A stretch of 63,948 nt of DNA, filler included, from Candidatus Woesearchaeota archaeon (GCA_018399355.1; 5 parts of 5 records of this genome joined end to end with filler, not necessarily neighbours in it), one strand, 5' to 3'. Positions 49,435-59,253 are shown, counted from the first letter of the whole stretch. Made by a program: numbers and translations. Notes: generated by a model not told the origin, from the letters alone.

Positions 49435-49478
49435 AAATCTTTATAAATCAGCCATGAATTCTAGTTTATGGTGTTTTT

Positions 49479-49757
49479 ATGGAGATAAATGTCATTGAGG
49501 ATAAAAAAAACAGGCTAAGCTTTGAGATAAAAGGAGAAGGCAATACTTTCTGTAACATTTTAAAAGATGAACTTTGGAATGATAAGCATGTAAATGTTGC
49601 AGCTTACAATATAAAACATCCTTTGATAGGGATACCTTTGGTTATTGTTGAGACAGACGGCAAAAAAACACCAAGGCAGTCATTGTATGATGCCGCAGGT
49701 AGAATTGGTGACAAGGTAGAAAAGCTAAGGAAAGAGGCCAAAAAAGAATTAAAATGA
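49479..49757 (+). CDS. rpoL: RNA polymerase subunit L (Rpo11)
   Basis: GEGNTFCNIL, AAYNIKHPL. Confidence 0.94.
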   Translation: MEINVIEDKKNRLSFEIKGEGNTFCNILKDELWNDKHVNVAAYNIKHPLIGIPLVIVETDGKKTPRQSLYDAAGRIGDKVEKLRKEAKKELK

Positions 49758-50305
49758 TGTCTGAGGAGGAAGGTAAGCTCCTTTTAAATCTTGCCAGAGA
49801 GTCTATTTCTTGCTGTTTTAACAACAAAAATCCTGATATAACCAAGGTTGAAAAATTTTCTGATAATCAGGGTGTTTTTGTTACACTAATTAAAAACAAT
49901 CAGCTAAGGGGCTGCATTGGTTTTCCAGAGCCAATCTTTCCATTGTACAAAGCAGTGATAAAGGCAGCAATAGCAGCAGCATTTGAAGATCCAAGATTCC
50001 CTCCATTGCAAAAACAGGAGTTCAAAGATATAAAAATAGAGATTTCTGTTCTTACTGTTCCCAAGCTTATTAAGGTTGAAAATCCTGAAGAATACATGGA
50101 AAAAATAAGAATTGGCAAAGATGGATTGATAATAAGATCTAACCTTGGGTCTGGCCTATTATTACCTCAAGTTGCAACAGAATACAAATGGGATGTGAAA
50201 ACATTTTTAGGACATTTATGCCAAAAAGCATGGATGAGCAATGATGCATGGAAAAACCCTGATAATAAAATATACAGATTTCAGGCCCAAATTTTCACTG
50301 AGTAA
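49754..50305 (+). CDS. AMMECR1 / AmmeMemoRadiSam protein A family
   Basis: GVFVTL..LRGCIG, DPRF, EISVLT, GLLLPQV. Confidence 0.93.
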   Translation: MMSEEEGKLLLNLARESISCCFNNKNPDITKVEKFSDNQGVFVTLIKNNQLRGCIGFPEPIFPLYKAVIKAAIAAAFEDPRFPPLQKQEFKDIKIEISVLTVPKLIKVENPEEYMEKIRIGKDGLIIRSNLGSGLLLPQVATEYKWDVKTFLGHLCQKAWMSNDAWKNPDNKIYRFQAQIFTE

Positions 50306-50337
50306 TATTTAAATATCTGATATAGATAATTTTCAGA

Positions 50338-51387
50338 ATGGAAACAATTGACAAGTTAAATAACTATAAAGAGAAAATTAATACAAAGATTAAGGATTTT
50401 TTTGATTCTGAGATAGAAATTTCTAAGAAAAAAGATGGAAAGATTACTGAGCTTATTGAGCATATAAAAGAGTTTAATTTAAGAGGAGGCAAAAGAATAA
50501 GGGCAGTTCTTGCCTTGGTTTCTTATGAGTTATTTGATGGAAAGGATTTTAATTCTATTCTTGATATTGCTGTTTCAGTTGAGCTGATGCAGTCATTCTT
50601 TCTTATCCATGATGACATTATTGACAATGACAGTTTCAGAAGAGGTGGCCCAACCTTCCACAAAATATATGAAAACAGCAATGAAAATCTTGGACAAAGA
50701 GAATCAGAGGGAATTGCAATAGTTGCAGGAGATATTCTTGAGTCATTAAGCAAAAAAATGATTTTACAATCATGCTTTAATGAACAAATTAAAATAAAGA
50801 TTCTTGAAAAATTCAATGAAATCATTGAAAATACCTGTTATGGAGAGTTTCTGGACATTTTATCATCAAAACAAAATCCAAATGAAGATGATATAATTAA
50901 AATCCATGAGTTTAAGACAGCTAAATACACAATTGAAGGGCCACTGCACCTTGGAGCAATAGCTGCAGGTGCTGATGAAAATGAAATGAGAATATTAAGT
51001 GATTATGCAATTCCTCTTGGCATTGCATTTCAGATAAAAGATGATGTCCTTGGATTTTTTGGTGATGAGGAAAAGCTTGGAAAATCTGCAGGTTCTGATG
51101 TCAAGGAAGGAAAGAAAACATTGTTGATTATAAAAGCAATTGAAAACTCATCTCAGGATGATAAAGAATTCATAAATAAATGTTTGGGAAACAAAAATGT
51201 AACCAAGAGGGACATTTCAAAATTAAGGGAAATAGTAAAAAAATCAGGTTCTCTTGATTATTCTGAAAAACTTGCTGAAAAACTTGTTTCTGAGGCAAAA
51301 AAAGCACTGGAAAAATCAAATATAAAAAAGGAAGGAAAAATATTTCTGATTGATATAGCAGATTTTATGATTAAAAGGGATTGTTGA
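50338..51387 (+). CDS. Short-chain trans-polyprenyl diphosphate synthase
   Basis: GGKRIR, FFLIHDDIID..RRG, KTAKY, AFQIKDD, GKKT. Confidence 0.93.
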   Translation: METIDKLNNYKEKINTKIKDFFDSEIEISKKKDGKITELIEHIKEFNLRGGKRIRAVLALVSYELFDGKDFNSILDIAVSVELMQSFFLIHDDIIDNDSFRRGGPTFHKIYENSNENLGQRESEGIAIVAGDILESLSKKMILQSCFNEQIKIKILEKFNEIIENTCYGEFLDILSSKQNPNEDDIIKIHEFKTAKYTIEGPLHLGAIAAGADENEMRILSDYAIPLGIAFQIKDDVLGFFGDEEKLGKSAGSDVKEGKKTLLIIKAIENSSQDDKEFINKCLGNKNVTKRDISKLREIVKKSGSLDYSEKLAEKLVSEAKKALEKSNIKKEGKIFLIDIADFMIKRDC

Positions 51388-51389
51388 TT

Positions 51390-51620
51390 ATGAAAAGAAG
51401 AAAAACAAGGCTTATCAATGTTGGAAATGTAAACATAGGAGGCAATTCTGAAATAACAATACAATCAATGTGCAATACTAAAACAAAAGATGCAGATGCA
51501 ACAATAAAGCAGATAAAAGAGCTTGAAAAGGCTGGATGTGATATAGTAAGGGTTTCTGTTGAAGATATGGATGATGTTTTTGCATTAAAGGAAATAAAAC
51601 AAAACATAAATATTCCTTTG
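51390..51620 (+). pseudogene. ispG: ispG N-terminal fragment (about 77 aa), fused in frame to ispE remnant
   Basis: RRKTR...VGNV.IGG...IQSMCNT.T.D..AT..QI..LE.AGCDIVRV...NIPL; rest of IspG absent. Confidence 0.88.
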
Positions 51621-52159
51621 GCAGCTGGACTTGGCGGAGGAAGTTCAGATGCTGCTGCTGTAATTAAAGGAATGAATAAATTGTTTGAGATTGAAATGAG
51701 TGAAAAAGAAAAGATTGAAATTGCAGCAAAAATTGGGATGGATGTTCCTTTCTTTATCATTGGAGGGACCACCCATGTGACAGGCAAGGGAGAAAAAATA
51801 AATAGAATAGATCCTTTACCAAAAAATTTTACTTTGTTTTAGCGAAACCAAACTTCAATATTTCAACAAAATATACTTATGAAAACCTTGATTATGAAAA
51901 AACTGGAAAACAATTAAAAACAAACACAATGATCAATGCAATAAAGGAGAAAGATATCAATAAAATTGCAAATAACCTTCATAATGATTTTGAATATTCT
52001 ATCTGTAAACAATATCCTTTAATAAATGAGATAAAGAAAAAAATGATAGATAATGGAGCACTAAATACTTTAATGTCTGGTTCTGGTTCAACTGTTTTTA
52101 GTATTTATAATGATTATTATAAGGCTCTTGATAGTTTAAAAGAATTAGAAAATACCTGA
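51609..52159 (+). pseudogene. ispE: ispE remnant (N-terminus deleted, frameshifted)
   Basis: NIPLAAGLGGGSSDAAA, GMDVPFF, GKGE; frameshift at about 51821-30; then KP...ST..Y, NDFE, MSGSGSTVF. Confidence 0.88.
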
Positions 52160-52234
52160 TTTAAATGTTTTTATTACCCAACCAATTAATGAATTTAACA
52201 AAGATTTATAAAAAAAGCATTTTTTGGTATTATT

Positions 52235-52993
52235 ATGATAGGAGTAAGCACTAAAAGTATGAAGATTGGCCGTTTCTGGCTTGAGTCCCTTGTTGATGAT
52301 GGCTTTAAGCTGATTGAGCTTAACAACAGGACAATCCAGATTAAGTTTGGTGAAAGTGATATAGAAAAGTTAAATAAATCTAAGGAAAAATACGGCCTTA
52401 CATACACAATACATAGCGAAGTCACTGATTTGTTGCATCCTGACAATCTTGTAAATGACCACCAAATTGGAATCCTAAAATCAGAAATAAAGTATGGAGC
52501 AAGATTTGGGGTTAAAAATATAGTTTTTCACCTTCCTGACTATCTTGAATTTGAAAAAGACAAGAATAGAATTGATAAATTATTTTCTGAATTGCTTGAA
52601 TTTGGTGAAAAATACGATGTACATCTTTCTTTTGAAAATGATTCAAAGGGCCCATGGGCAAATCCGGATAATTTATTATATTTTTTTGAAAAATTTGATA
52701 AGTTAAAGCATAACCTTGATATTGGACATTTGCATAAAGCAGTTTATCACAAATTAGTAATTTCTGAAGAAGATTATGTTGAAAAGCTTGGAAAGTATGT
52801 AAATTACATGCATATTGATGACAATAATGGTAAGGATGATGAGCATCTTGGTCTTGGAAGCGGAACCATTAATATTGATTTTGTTGTTTCTGCAATAAAA
52901 AAAATTAATCCAGAGTACATCGTAGCAGAAAGTTTTGATATAAATGAGGCAATTAAAACAAGGGAAATTCTTAAAAAATACAGAATAAACTGA
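52235..52993 (+). CDS. Sugar phosphate isomerase/epimerase (xylose isomerase-like TIM barrel)
   Basis: VFH, FEN, LDIGH, HIDDN.G.DDEHL.LG.G.I. Confidence 0.85.
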   Translation: MIGVSTKSMKIGRFWLESLVDDGFKLIELNNRTIQIKFGESDIEKLNKSKEKYGLTYTIHSEVTDLLHPDNLVNDHQIGILKSEIKYGARFGVKNIVFHLPDYLEFEKDKNRIDKLFSELLEFGEKYDVHLSFENDSKGPWANPDNLLYFFEKFDKLKHNLDIGHLHKAVYHKLVISEEDYVEKLGKYVNYMHIDDNNGKDDEHLGLGSGTINIDFVVSAIKKINPEYIVAESFDINEAIKTREILKKYRIN

Positions 52994-53004
52994 GTGATGC
53001 AATA

Positions 53005-53814
53005 ATGAAAATTATCTGCGCTGAAAACATGGGATTCTGCTTTGGAGTTAAGAGGGCTGTTGATATGGCCTTAAAGCAGGAAAATGCATTTGTTCTTGGC
53101 CAGCTTATACACAATCCACAGGTTGTTGAACTGCTTGAAAAAAGAGGAATAAAAGAGATAAAATCAGTAGATGATATTGAAAAAGGAATTTTGATTATAA
53201 CTGCACACGGAACAACAAAATCAAACATAATAAAAGCTAAATCAAAAAAATTAGATATAATAGACACAACATGCCCTCTTGTTAAAAAAGTGCAGAACCT
53301 TGTAAAAGAATTTAACAATAAAGGTTATGACCTCATACTTTTTGGAGATAAAGGGCATTCTGAGGTAAAGGGTATTGTAAGCAATGCAGAAAATATCATT
53401 GTTGTTTCAACCAAAGAAGACACAAAAAATATTTTTGTTAAAAAGGCATGCTTATTATCACAAACGACTCAGTCCATTAAAAAATTTAATGAAATTTCCA
53501 AGGTTCTTAAAAGTAATGTAAATGAATTAAAAATAATAAATACTATATGTGATGCCACAAAGAAAAGGCAGGATTCTGCAATGAACACAGCAAAAAAATG
53601 TGATTTAATGGTTGTTATTGGAGGTTATAACAGCGCGAACACAAAAAGGTTAAGGGAAATATGCAGCAAAATAACAGAAACTAAACAAATTGAAACAGCC
53701 AAGGAAATAAAAAAAGAATGGTTTAAAGGCAAATCTTTAGTTGGAATAACAGCAGGAGCATCAACTCCTGATTTTGTTATAAAAGAAATTAAAAAAAAGA
53801 TAGAAAGCTTTTAA
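53005..53814 (+). CDS. ispH: 4-hydroxy-3-methylbut-2-enyl diphosphate reductase
   Basis: GFCFGVKRA, IHNP, AHG, DTTCPLV, QTT, TICDAT..RQ, SANT, GITAGASTP; three Fe-S Cys intact. Confidence 0.96.
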   Translation: MKIICAENMGFCFGVKRAVDMALKQENAFVLGQLIHNPQVVELLEKRGIKEIKSVDDIEKGILIITAHGTTKSNIIKAKSKKLDIIDTTCPLVKKVQNLVKEFNNKGYDLILFGDKGHSEVKGIVSNAENIIVVSTKEDTKNIFVKKACLLSQTTQSIKKFNEISKVLKSNVNELKIINTICDATKKRQDSAMNTAKKCDLMVVIGGYNSANTKRLREICSKITETKQIETAKEIKKEWFKGKSLVGITAGASTPDFVIKEIKKKIESF

Positions 53815-53815
53815 T

Positions 53816-54514
53816 TTATTTTCCGAAGCGTCTTTCTCTTTTTTTGAATTCTTCAATGATATTTATTAAATCCTGTTTTTCAAACTCCGGCCACATCTTT
53901 TCAATAAAAAACCATTCAGAGTAAATAGACTGCCATGTAAGGAAATTGCTTGTTCTCTTATCCCCTCCAGTCCTTATTATCAAATCAGGCTCGCTTTCAA
54001 GATAAAGGTTTTGTGATATAATATTTTCATTTATCTCTTCTGGATTTAGTTTACTTTCTTTTACATTTTTAGCAATTTTCTTAACTGCATCCACAATTTC
54101 TTCTCTTCCACCATAGGCAAGGGCAATATTTACTTTATAATTATTATATTCTTTTGTTTTGTTGGTTATCCTTTCAATATTTTCCTGAATATCCTTAGGA
54201 AACAGGTTGTATCTTCCAATCACGTTTATTTTTATCTTATATTTGCTAATATCTTTGTTTTGCATTATTTCGTTAAAAGATTCTCTAAATATGGTCATAA
54301 GATAATCAAATTCCTTTTTGGGCCTGTTAAAATTCTGCATTGAAAAGCAGTATAATGTAAGCTCTTTTATTTTAAGATCTTTGCACCAAACAAGAAGGTC
54401 TTTTAGCTTTTTAGAGCCGTATTCATGACCTTTCCAAGGACTAAGGTTAAGCCTTTTAGCAAATCTTCTGTTTCCGTCAAGAATAATTCCAATATGTTTG
54501 ACTGTTTTGGTCAT
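53816..54514 (-). CDS. uppS: cis-prenyltransferase (undecaprenyl diphosphate synthase)
   Basis: HIGIILDGNRR, FSMQNFNR, YGGREEI, DLIIRTGG..R.SNFL.WQ, RRFG. Confidence 0.96.
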   Translation of the reverse strand: MTKTVKHIGIILDGNRRFAKRLNLSPWKGHEYGSKKLKDLLVWCKDLKIKELTLYCFSMQNFNRPKKEFDYLMTIFRESFNEIMQNKDISKYKIKINVIGRYNLFPKDIQENIERITNKTKEYNNYKVNIALAYGGREEIVDAVKKIAKNVKESKLNPEEINENIISQNLYLESEPDLIIRTGGDKRTSNFLTWQSIYSEWFFIEKMWPEFEKQDLINIIEEFKKRERRFGK

Positions 54515-54563
54515 GGCATGAAATTAACACAGGTGATTTATAAAGCTTTTGAATAAATTTCTT

Positions 54564-56621
54564 TCAGAGGTATCCACTAATTGTATTAATTAACCTCTGT
54601 GTCCTGTTTATTCCTGTTTGACTTTCAAGAACATAGTACCTATATCTTATCATAAAAAGCTCATTTTCCATTATATATTCGAGTCTTTTACTTGCATCTT
54701 GGATAATCCCTTTTTTTTCTGCGTAAGAAATCTCTTTTTGAAATTCGTAAATTTGGTTGTCTAAAAGACTCATAGCATAATTATACCTTTTATTTGTGAG
54801 ATATGCCGCATCATTTTTCATTGATTCATATTGGTTTATGTATTCATTAATCATATTTTCATCTTTCCAATAATCATAACTTTTCAATAAATCTGCTTGG
54901 TCTTTTAATTCCTTTATTAACTGTAATTCCTTGTTCTGAAGGCCATTTTTCATAAGCGGACTAACTTTTTTGATTATATTCTCTGCAATTTTTGTTCTGT
55001 TTTTAATATCCTGTTCAATCCTGCTTAAAAGAGAAAGGTATTGCTTTTTGCTGTTCTCAACATAATCAGACATTTTTTTAATTTTTGAAACCTTTTTATC
55101 ATCTGAGAAACAAAAATAAAATTTTTTTAGATAATCAAGTTTTGAATCAATGGTTTCAATGATTTCCACAGTTCCCGGAGAGTTCCATTCACTTCTATTA
55201 ACAAATTTACTTAATTCCAAAAAATCTGATTCTGCGTTTTTTATTTTTTCATTGGTATTATATATCATAACATACTCAAGATTTTTTAGCTTATCATCCA
55301 GATTGTTTCTTCCACCAAAGAAAATATTGTTTTTAATTATAGAATATTCTAGATTACATTGTTTTAATTCACCTATATCGCTATAAAGCTGGTTAACCTT
55401 TTCTTTTGTAAGGTTATTCCAGAAAAAAGAATTATCTACATACCATATATCTTCAAATTTATTAATTTTATTTCTTATACTTTTAAATGCAAATGAAAAC
55501 TTCTCGTTTAATATTCTTTCTAAATTGTTTAGTTCTGTATAATATTGGTTTATTTCCAAGTTAATAAGTTTTTCATCTTTCCATCCTTTGTAATCATCAA
55601 AATATTGGGATTTTATTGAGATATCATTAAGAGATTCTAATTCATAATCTTTTATTCCATCTTGAAAAAAAGATTTTACCTGTTCAACCAACTTATCTAT
55701 ATTTTTTGTTTCTTCTTTTATATCCTCTCTTAAATTTTCTACAATTCTGATATAATCGTGTTTTGTTTTAAGTATACTGTCTTTTATTTTTTCAACATCA
55801 CTTATTTTTTCATTAATTCTTAAGCAGATATAAGAATTTTTAATTTCATCAACTTCTAAAATAAATCCTTCAAGTTTTTCAAAAGAACCGGGCTTGTTCC
55901 AATTATTTGATTCGAGTGAATCACTAATTTTTACAATCCTCTGGTCAATTTCAGTCTCTTTCTCTTCCAATTTTCTGTTTATGTACTCATCTAATGAAGA
56001 GAGCTCTTTTATTACTAATAAAGCATCATTTTTAAAACACTCATCATAAGTAAGAGGATCAAATACTCTAATTTTTTCATTAATCCAGCCAAATAATCCA
56101 TAAACTCTGTCAATATTTTCCTTGGACGTCTCTGATATTAATTTATCTACTAAACTTTTTCTATCAGAAATTTTTGAAATAATACTTGTTTTTTCATTAT
56201 TAAAATCTTTTAATAGACTCTTATTTTCAACATAACCTATAGGAAAATGAACTATTTCATTTTTTTCAATAGTTGAATCAAAAAAATCATTGAATCCTTT
56301 ATTTATGCTTATTATATTGTCTAATTCATAATCTTCATTACAAACCTTTTTTAAGATATCTTCAAGTCTTTCATTTTCAGCTGCCTGATAATACCTTGAT
56401 TTCTGAAAAGATAAATCTTGTTGTTTTTTAAAATGGTTATATGCGTATGAAGAAAATCCAATTAAGGATGCAATTACCAATGCTATAACAGAATTTCTTA
56501 TTCTGCTTTTAACTTTTTTTATTTTTTCTTCTTCATTATTTATTTTTCCATCTATTATTTGGTTAATGTTATCAAAATTAAGTTCTGTCTCTTTGATTAG
56601 ATTTTTATATTGTTCTTTCAT
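54564..56621 (-). CDS. Membrane-anchored helical protein with LysM-like segment and 238-aa internal duplication
   Basis: TM at about aa 45-62; WN.PG and WKDE each repeated at 714-nt spacing. Confidence 0.7.
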   Translation of the reverse strand: MKEQYKNLIKETELNFDNINQIIDGKINNEEEKIKKVKSRIRNSVIALVIASLIGFSSYAYNHFKKQQDLSFQKSRYYQAAENERLEDILKKVCNEDYELDNIISINKGFNDFFDSTIEKNEIVHFPIGYVENKSLLKDFNNEKTSIISKISDRKSLVDKLISETSKENIDRVYGLFGWINEKIRVFDPLTYDECFKNDALLVIKELSSLDEYINRKLEEKETEIDQRIVKISDSLESNNWNKPGSFEKLEGFILEVDEIKNSYICLRINEKISDVEKIKDSILKTKHDYIRIVENLREDIKEETKNIDKLVEQVKSFFQDGIKDYELESLNDISIKSQYFDDYKGWKDEKLINLEINQYYTELNNLERILNEKFSFAFKSIRNKINKFEDIWYVDNSFFWNNLTKEKVNQLYSDIGELKQCNLEYSIIKNNIFFGGRNNLDDKLKNLEYVMIYNTNEKIKNAESDFLELSKFVNRSEWNSPGTVEIIETIDSKLDYLKKFYFCFSDDKKVSKIKKMSDYVENSKKQYLSLLSRIEQDIKNRTKIAENIIKKVSPLMKNGLQNKELQLIKELKDQADLLKSYDYWKDENMINEYINQYESMKNDAAYLTNKRYNYAMSLLDNQIYEFQKEISYAEKKGIIQDASKRLEYIMENELFMIRYRYYVLESQTGINRTQRLINTISGYL

Positions 56622-57049
56622 TTTTCAAGGATTTGCTTTATTTCATTGAATTTTTTATAATAGTCAGAAACAATCTCTTTGTTGAAATAAAACTCTTTCT
56701 TGCTTTGTATTGAACTTCTGTAAGTTTCATTTTCTTCCTTATTTAAACAACATTTTCTAATTGAATTGATGTTTTGATTTACAATTTCTATCGCTGTAAA
56801 AATTTTTTTGTCAAAAAGTTTTTTCATTTTTTCTTTCTTTGAATGATAGTCCTTCATTAACTCATTATTTTGTTCATACTTTGATCTGCAGTAACCTGAA
56901 ATAGTAGTTTTGACTTCCTTAAGAAGGGAAATATCCTCATCAAAAATGTTTTCATAAAGCGATAACTCAAGAAGCTGGTAATTGTAATCAATCTTTTCTA
57001 TTCTGCTTTCTATCCTGTTTCTTTCTCTCTGAATTTTTTCTTCATTCAT
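56618..57049 (-). CDS. Hypothetical helical protein
   Basis: SD GAGG before MNEEK; overlaps downstream start. Confidence 0.6.
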   Translation of the reverse strand: MNEEKIQRERNRIESRIEKIDYNYQLLELSLYENIFDEDISLLKEVKTTISGYCRSKYEQNNELMKDYHSKKEKMKKLFDKKIFTAIEIVNQNINSIRKCCLNKEENETYRSSIQSKKEFYFNKEIVSDYYKKFNEIKQILEK

Positions 57050-57062
57050 TTTGAGAATTACC

Positions 57063-58145
57063 TCAACTATAGAAAATTCTGTTAAATTCAGATTCAATCT
57101 CAGGGGTAATAGTTTTCATTGAACTTGAAAAAGACTGGTTAATTTTTAATGCTAGCCCATCTTTTATTTTATACTGCGAGCCTAGATTGTAAGGTTCAAA
57201 CTTTCCTTTTCCGTTATTTTTCAAGAAATCAAATCCATGTTTTTCTGCAAACTCTTTTATTTTACTCTGTCTTAAAATCTCATTTTTTGTTTTTCCTTTT
57301 TTTTCATTTGATGCATAGAGAAACTCCCATAGCTCAGGCCTTGCATTATTCTTTTCCATAATCTCCCATAAACTATCCCCTTTTTTAAGGAAGTAATCAT
57401 TTTCTGTTTTTTCTTCTAAGTATTCTTCTTCAGTATAACATATCTTTTTATTAAATTCAGAAATTGTTTTATTTTCTTCAGGAAGAGAAAAGTAAAATTG
57501 TGTATTTTCTGCTTCCAAAATACTGTAACTATTATTCTTTCTGTTTTCCTGATTGAAATCAATTTTTTCTTCTATATTGCCCTTAGTATCATTAATTGGT
57601 TTTGCAATTCCCTGCTTATCAACTCCATTAGTTCCAAACATAAATCCCATTGCAAATGATAAGGCACTTACAGCAGCATATTTTGCTATGGTACTTATAT
57701 TTCTTTTAAAGAAATCTTTTGTTTTATAGATTCCCTTGCCAATAACCTTGTTTACATACTGTTTTGGTTTTTTATACAAGGCAGAAATTGTTCTTATTTT
57801 TTCATTTGTTTTTGGAACAAGATAGTTTTCCTGTTTTACTAATTCATTTTTTGCTTTTTTTCTTTTCTTGTTCTGCCTCCATTCAATATTTATTCCATTC
57901 TGCTGGTATTCTTTAAGTATGTTGTACAATGTTGACACACTAAATTCAGTTTTTTTATCTTCATCTCTTTCCTGATTTAAACTGCTACATATATCCTTAA
58001 CCCTTATATTTTGATTATTATTGTAAAGTTCAACTATTTTTTCTCTATCATTACAAGATAGTTTTTTTCCATACCTGAAACTCTCTGTTTTGGGGCTTGC
58101 TTTGTTCTCTCTTACCACATAATCAATTGTTTTTTTGTCTTCCAT
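57063..58145 (-). CDS. HTH-TM-LysM-like protein
   Basis: LS..DREKIVEL..SVSTLYNILK; TM; YFLKKGDSLWEI...W..LY.SN. Confidence 0.6.
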   Translation of the reverse strand: MEDKKTIDYVVRENKASPKTESFRYGKKLSCNDREKIVELYNNNQNIRVKDICSSLNQERDEDKKTEFSVSTLYNILKEYQQNGINIEWRQNKKRKKAKNELVKQENYLVPKTNEKIRTISALYKKPKQYVNKVIGKGIYKTKDFFKRNISTIAKYAAVSALSFAMGFMFGTNGVDKQGIAKPINDTKGNIEEKIDFNQENRKNNSYSILEAENTQFYFSLPEENKTISEFNKKICYTEEEYLEEKTENDYFLKKGDSLWEIMEKNNARPELWEFLYASNEKKGKTKNEILRQSKIKEFAEKHGFDFLKNNGKGKFEPYNLGSQYKIKDGLALKINQSFSSSMKTITPEIESEFNRIFYS

Positions 58146-58147
58146 TA

Positions 58148-59236
58148 TTATCCATTTGTAAGATATTTGTTGAACTTATCATTTGTTTCGATTAGTCTTT
58201 TGTCATAAGCATTAGAAACATCGCTAAGTATAGAATAAAGAAGTTTATTTGAATCCTTGTATTGATTTACCAGTCCCCTTGGATTCTTTTCAATACCTAT
58301 TGCTTCCCTTATGCCCTTGCCAACTATATTCTGGACATCGTATGTATAATTCTCTATTTGATTTACGCTGTTAAAAAGAGCCTTAATAGCATCACTTTGT
58401 TTGTTTAATGGATCATAAATAGGTCTTGTTATTCTAATAAAATCAAGTACCCTTTTTGTTTTATCTACAAGTTCTTCAGAAGTGAATATGTAAATTGATG
58501 TTATCTTTTCGATTTTTTCAAGTTTTGGGTCTATCTTCAAGTAATCAATCACATTCTCCTCATTTAAATGCAAATTATGAATTGTTACATCTCTTTTTCT
58601 CTCTAAGTTATCAACAAGATTTTTGATTTTAAAATATCCTTTTTCTTGAGGTCTCATAGAAACAAATTTTCTCTTTGCTATACTGTAATTTCTTACAATC
58701 TTTTCAAGATTTTGGTTTAGATAGTCATTTTCTGTAATCCTTTTGTTCATATTCAATGTTTTTTCGGTTCTTTTTTTTACCAAGTTTTTATAAACTTTGT
58801 TTAAGTCAGAAGTCATTGAAACAAGCGTTGAGTTTATCTCTGAAAGATGATTTTCTCCTGAACCAAGTATTTCATCAATGCTATAATCTTTTCCAAAAAT
58901 ATTTATTTTGAAAAAATCAAGAGTGTTGTAGGTTAGTTTGTAAAGCAATGATTTTCTTTGTATTAACTGCCTCTTGAAAGCAGAATTTACTTTTCTTAGT
59001 TCTCTTGCATGCCCAACTATATAAACCAAATTTCCATCTGATTTATCAGACCATTGGTAATTAGTTAGTCCCAATGACTGTCTTCTTTCATTTAACATAT
59101 TTCCCATTTCTGAAGAGTTCTTTACTTCTGCAGCATTTTCATTTTCAGCTTCTTCTTCATCAGCTAGCTTCCAAACATCTGGTTCATTTTCATCTTCTTC
59201 GTAACTATTCTTATTCTTTTTTGAATCTTTTTTCAT
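58148..59236 (-). CDS. Hypothetical coiled-coil protein
   Basis: 362-aa ORF with SD GGAGG, acidic N-terminus. Confidence 0.65.
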   Translation of the reverse strand: MKKDSKKNKNSYEEDENEPDVWKLADEEEAENENAAEVKNSSEMGNMLNERRQSLGLTNYQWSDKSDGNLVYIVGHARELRKVNSAFKRQLIQRKSLLYKLTYNTLDFFKINIFGKDYSIDEILGSGENHLSEINSTLVSMTSDLNKVYKNLVKKRTEKTLNMNKRITENDYLNQNLEKIVRNYSIAKRKFVSMRPQEKGYFKIKNLVDNLERKRDVTIHNLHLNEENVIDYLKIDPKLEKIEKITSIYIFTSEELVDKTKRVLDFIRITRPIYDPLNKQSDAIKALFNSVNQIENYTYDVQNIVGKGIREAIGIEKNPRGLVNQYKDSNKLLYSILSDVSNAYDKRLIETNDKFNKYLTNG

Positions 59237-59253
59237 TTTTTAGTCCCTCCTGC

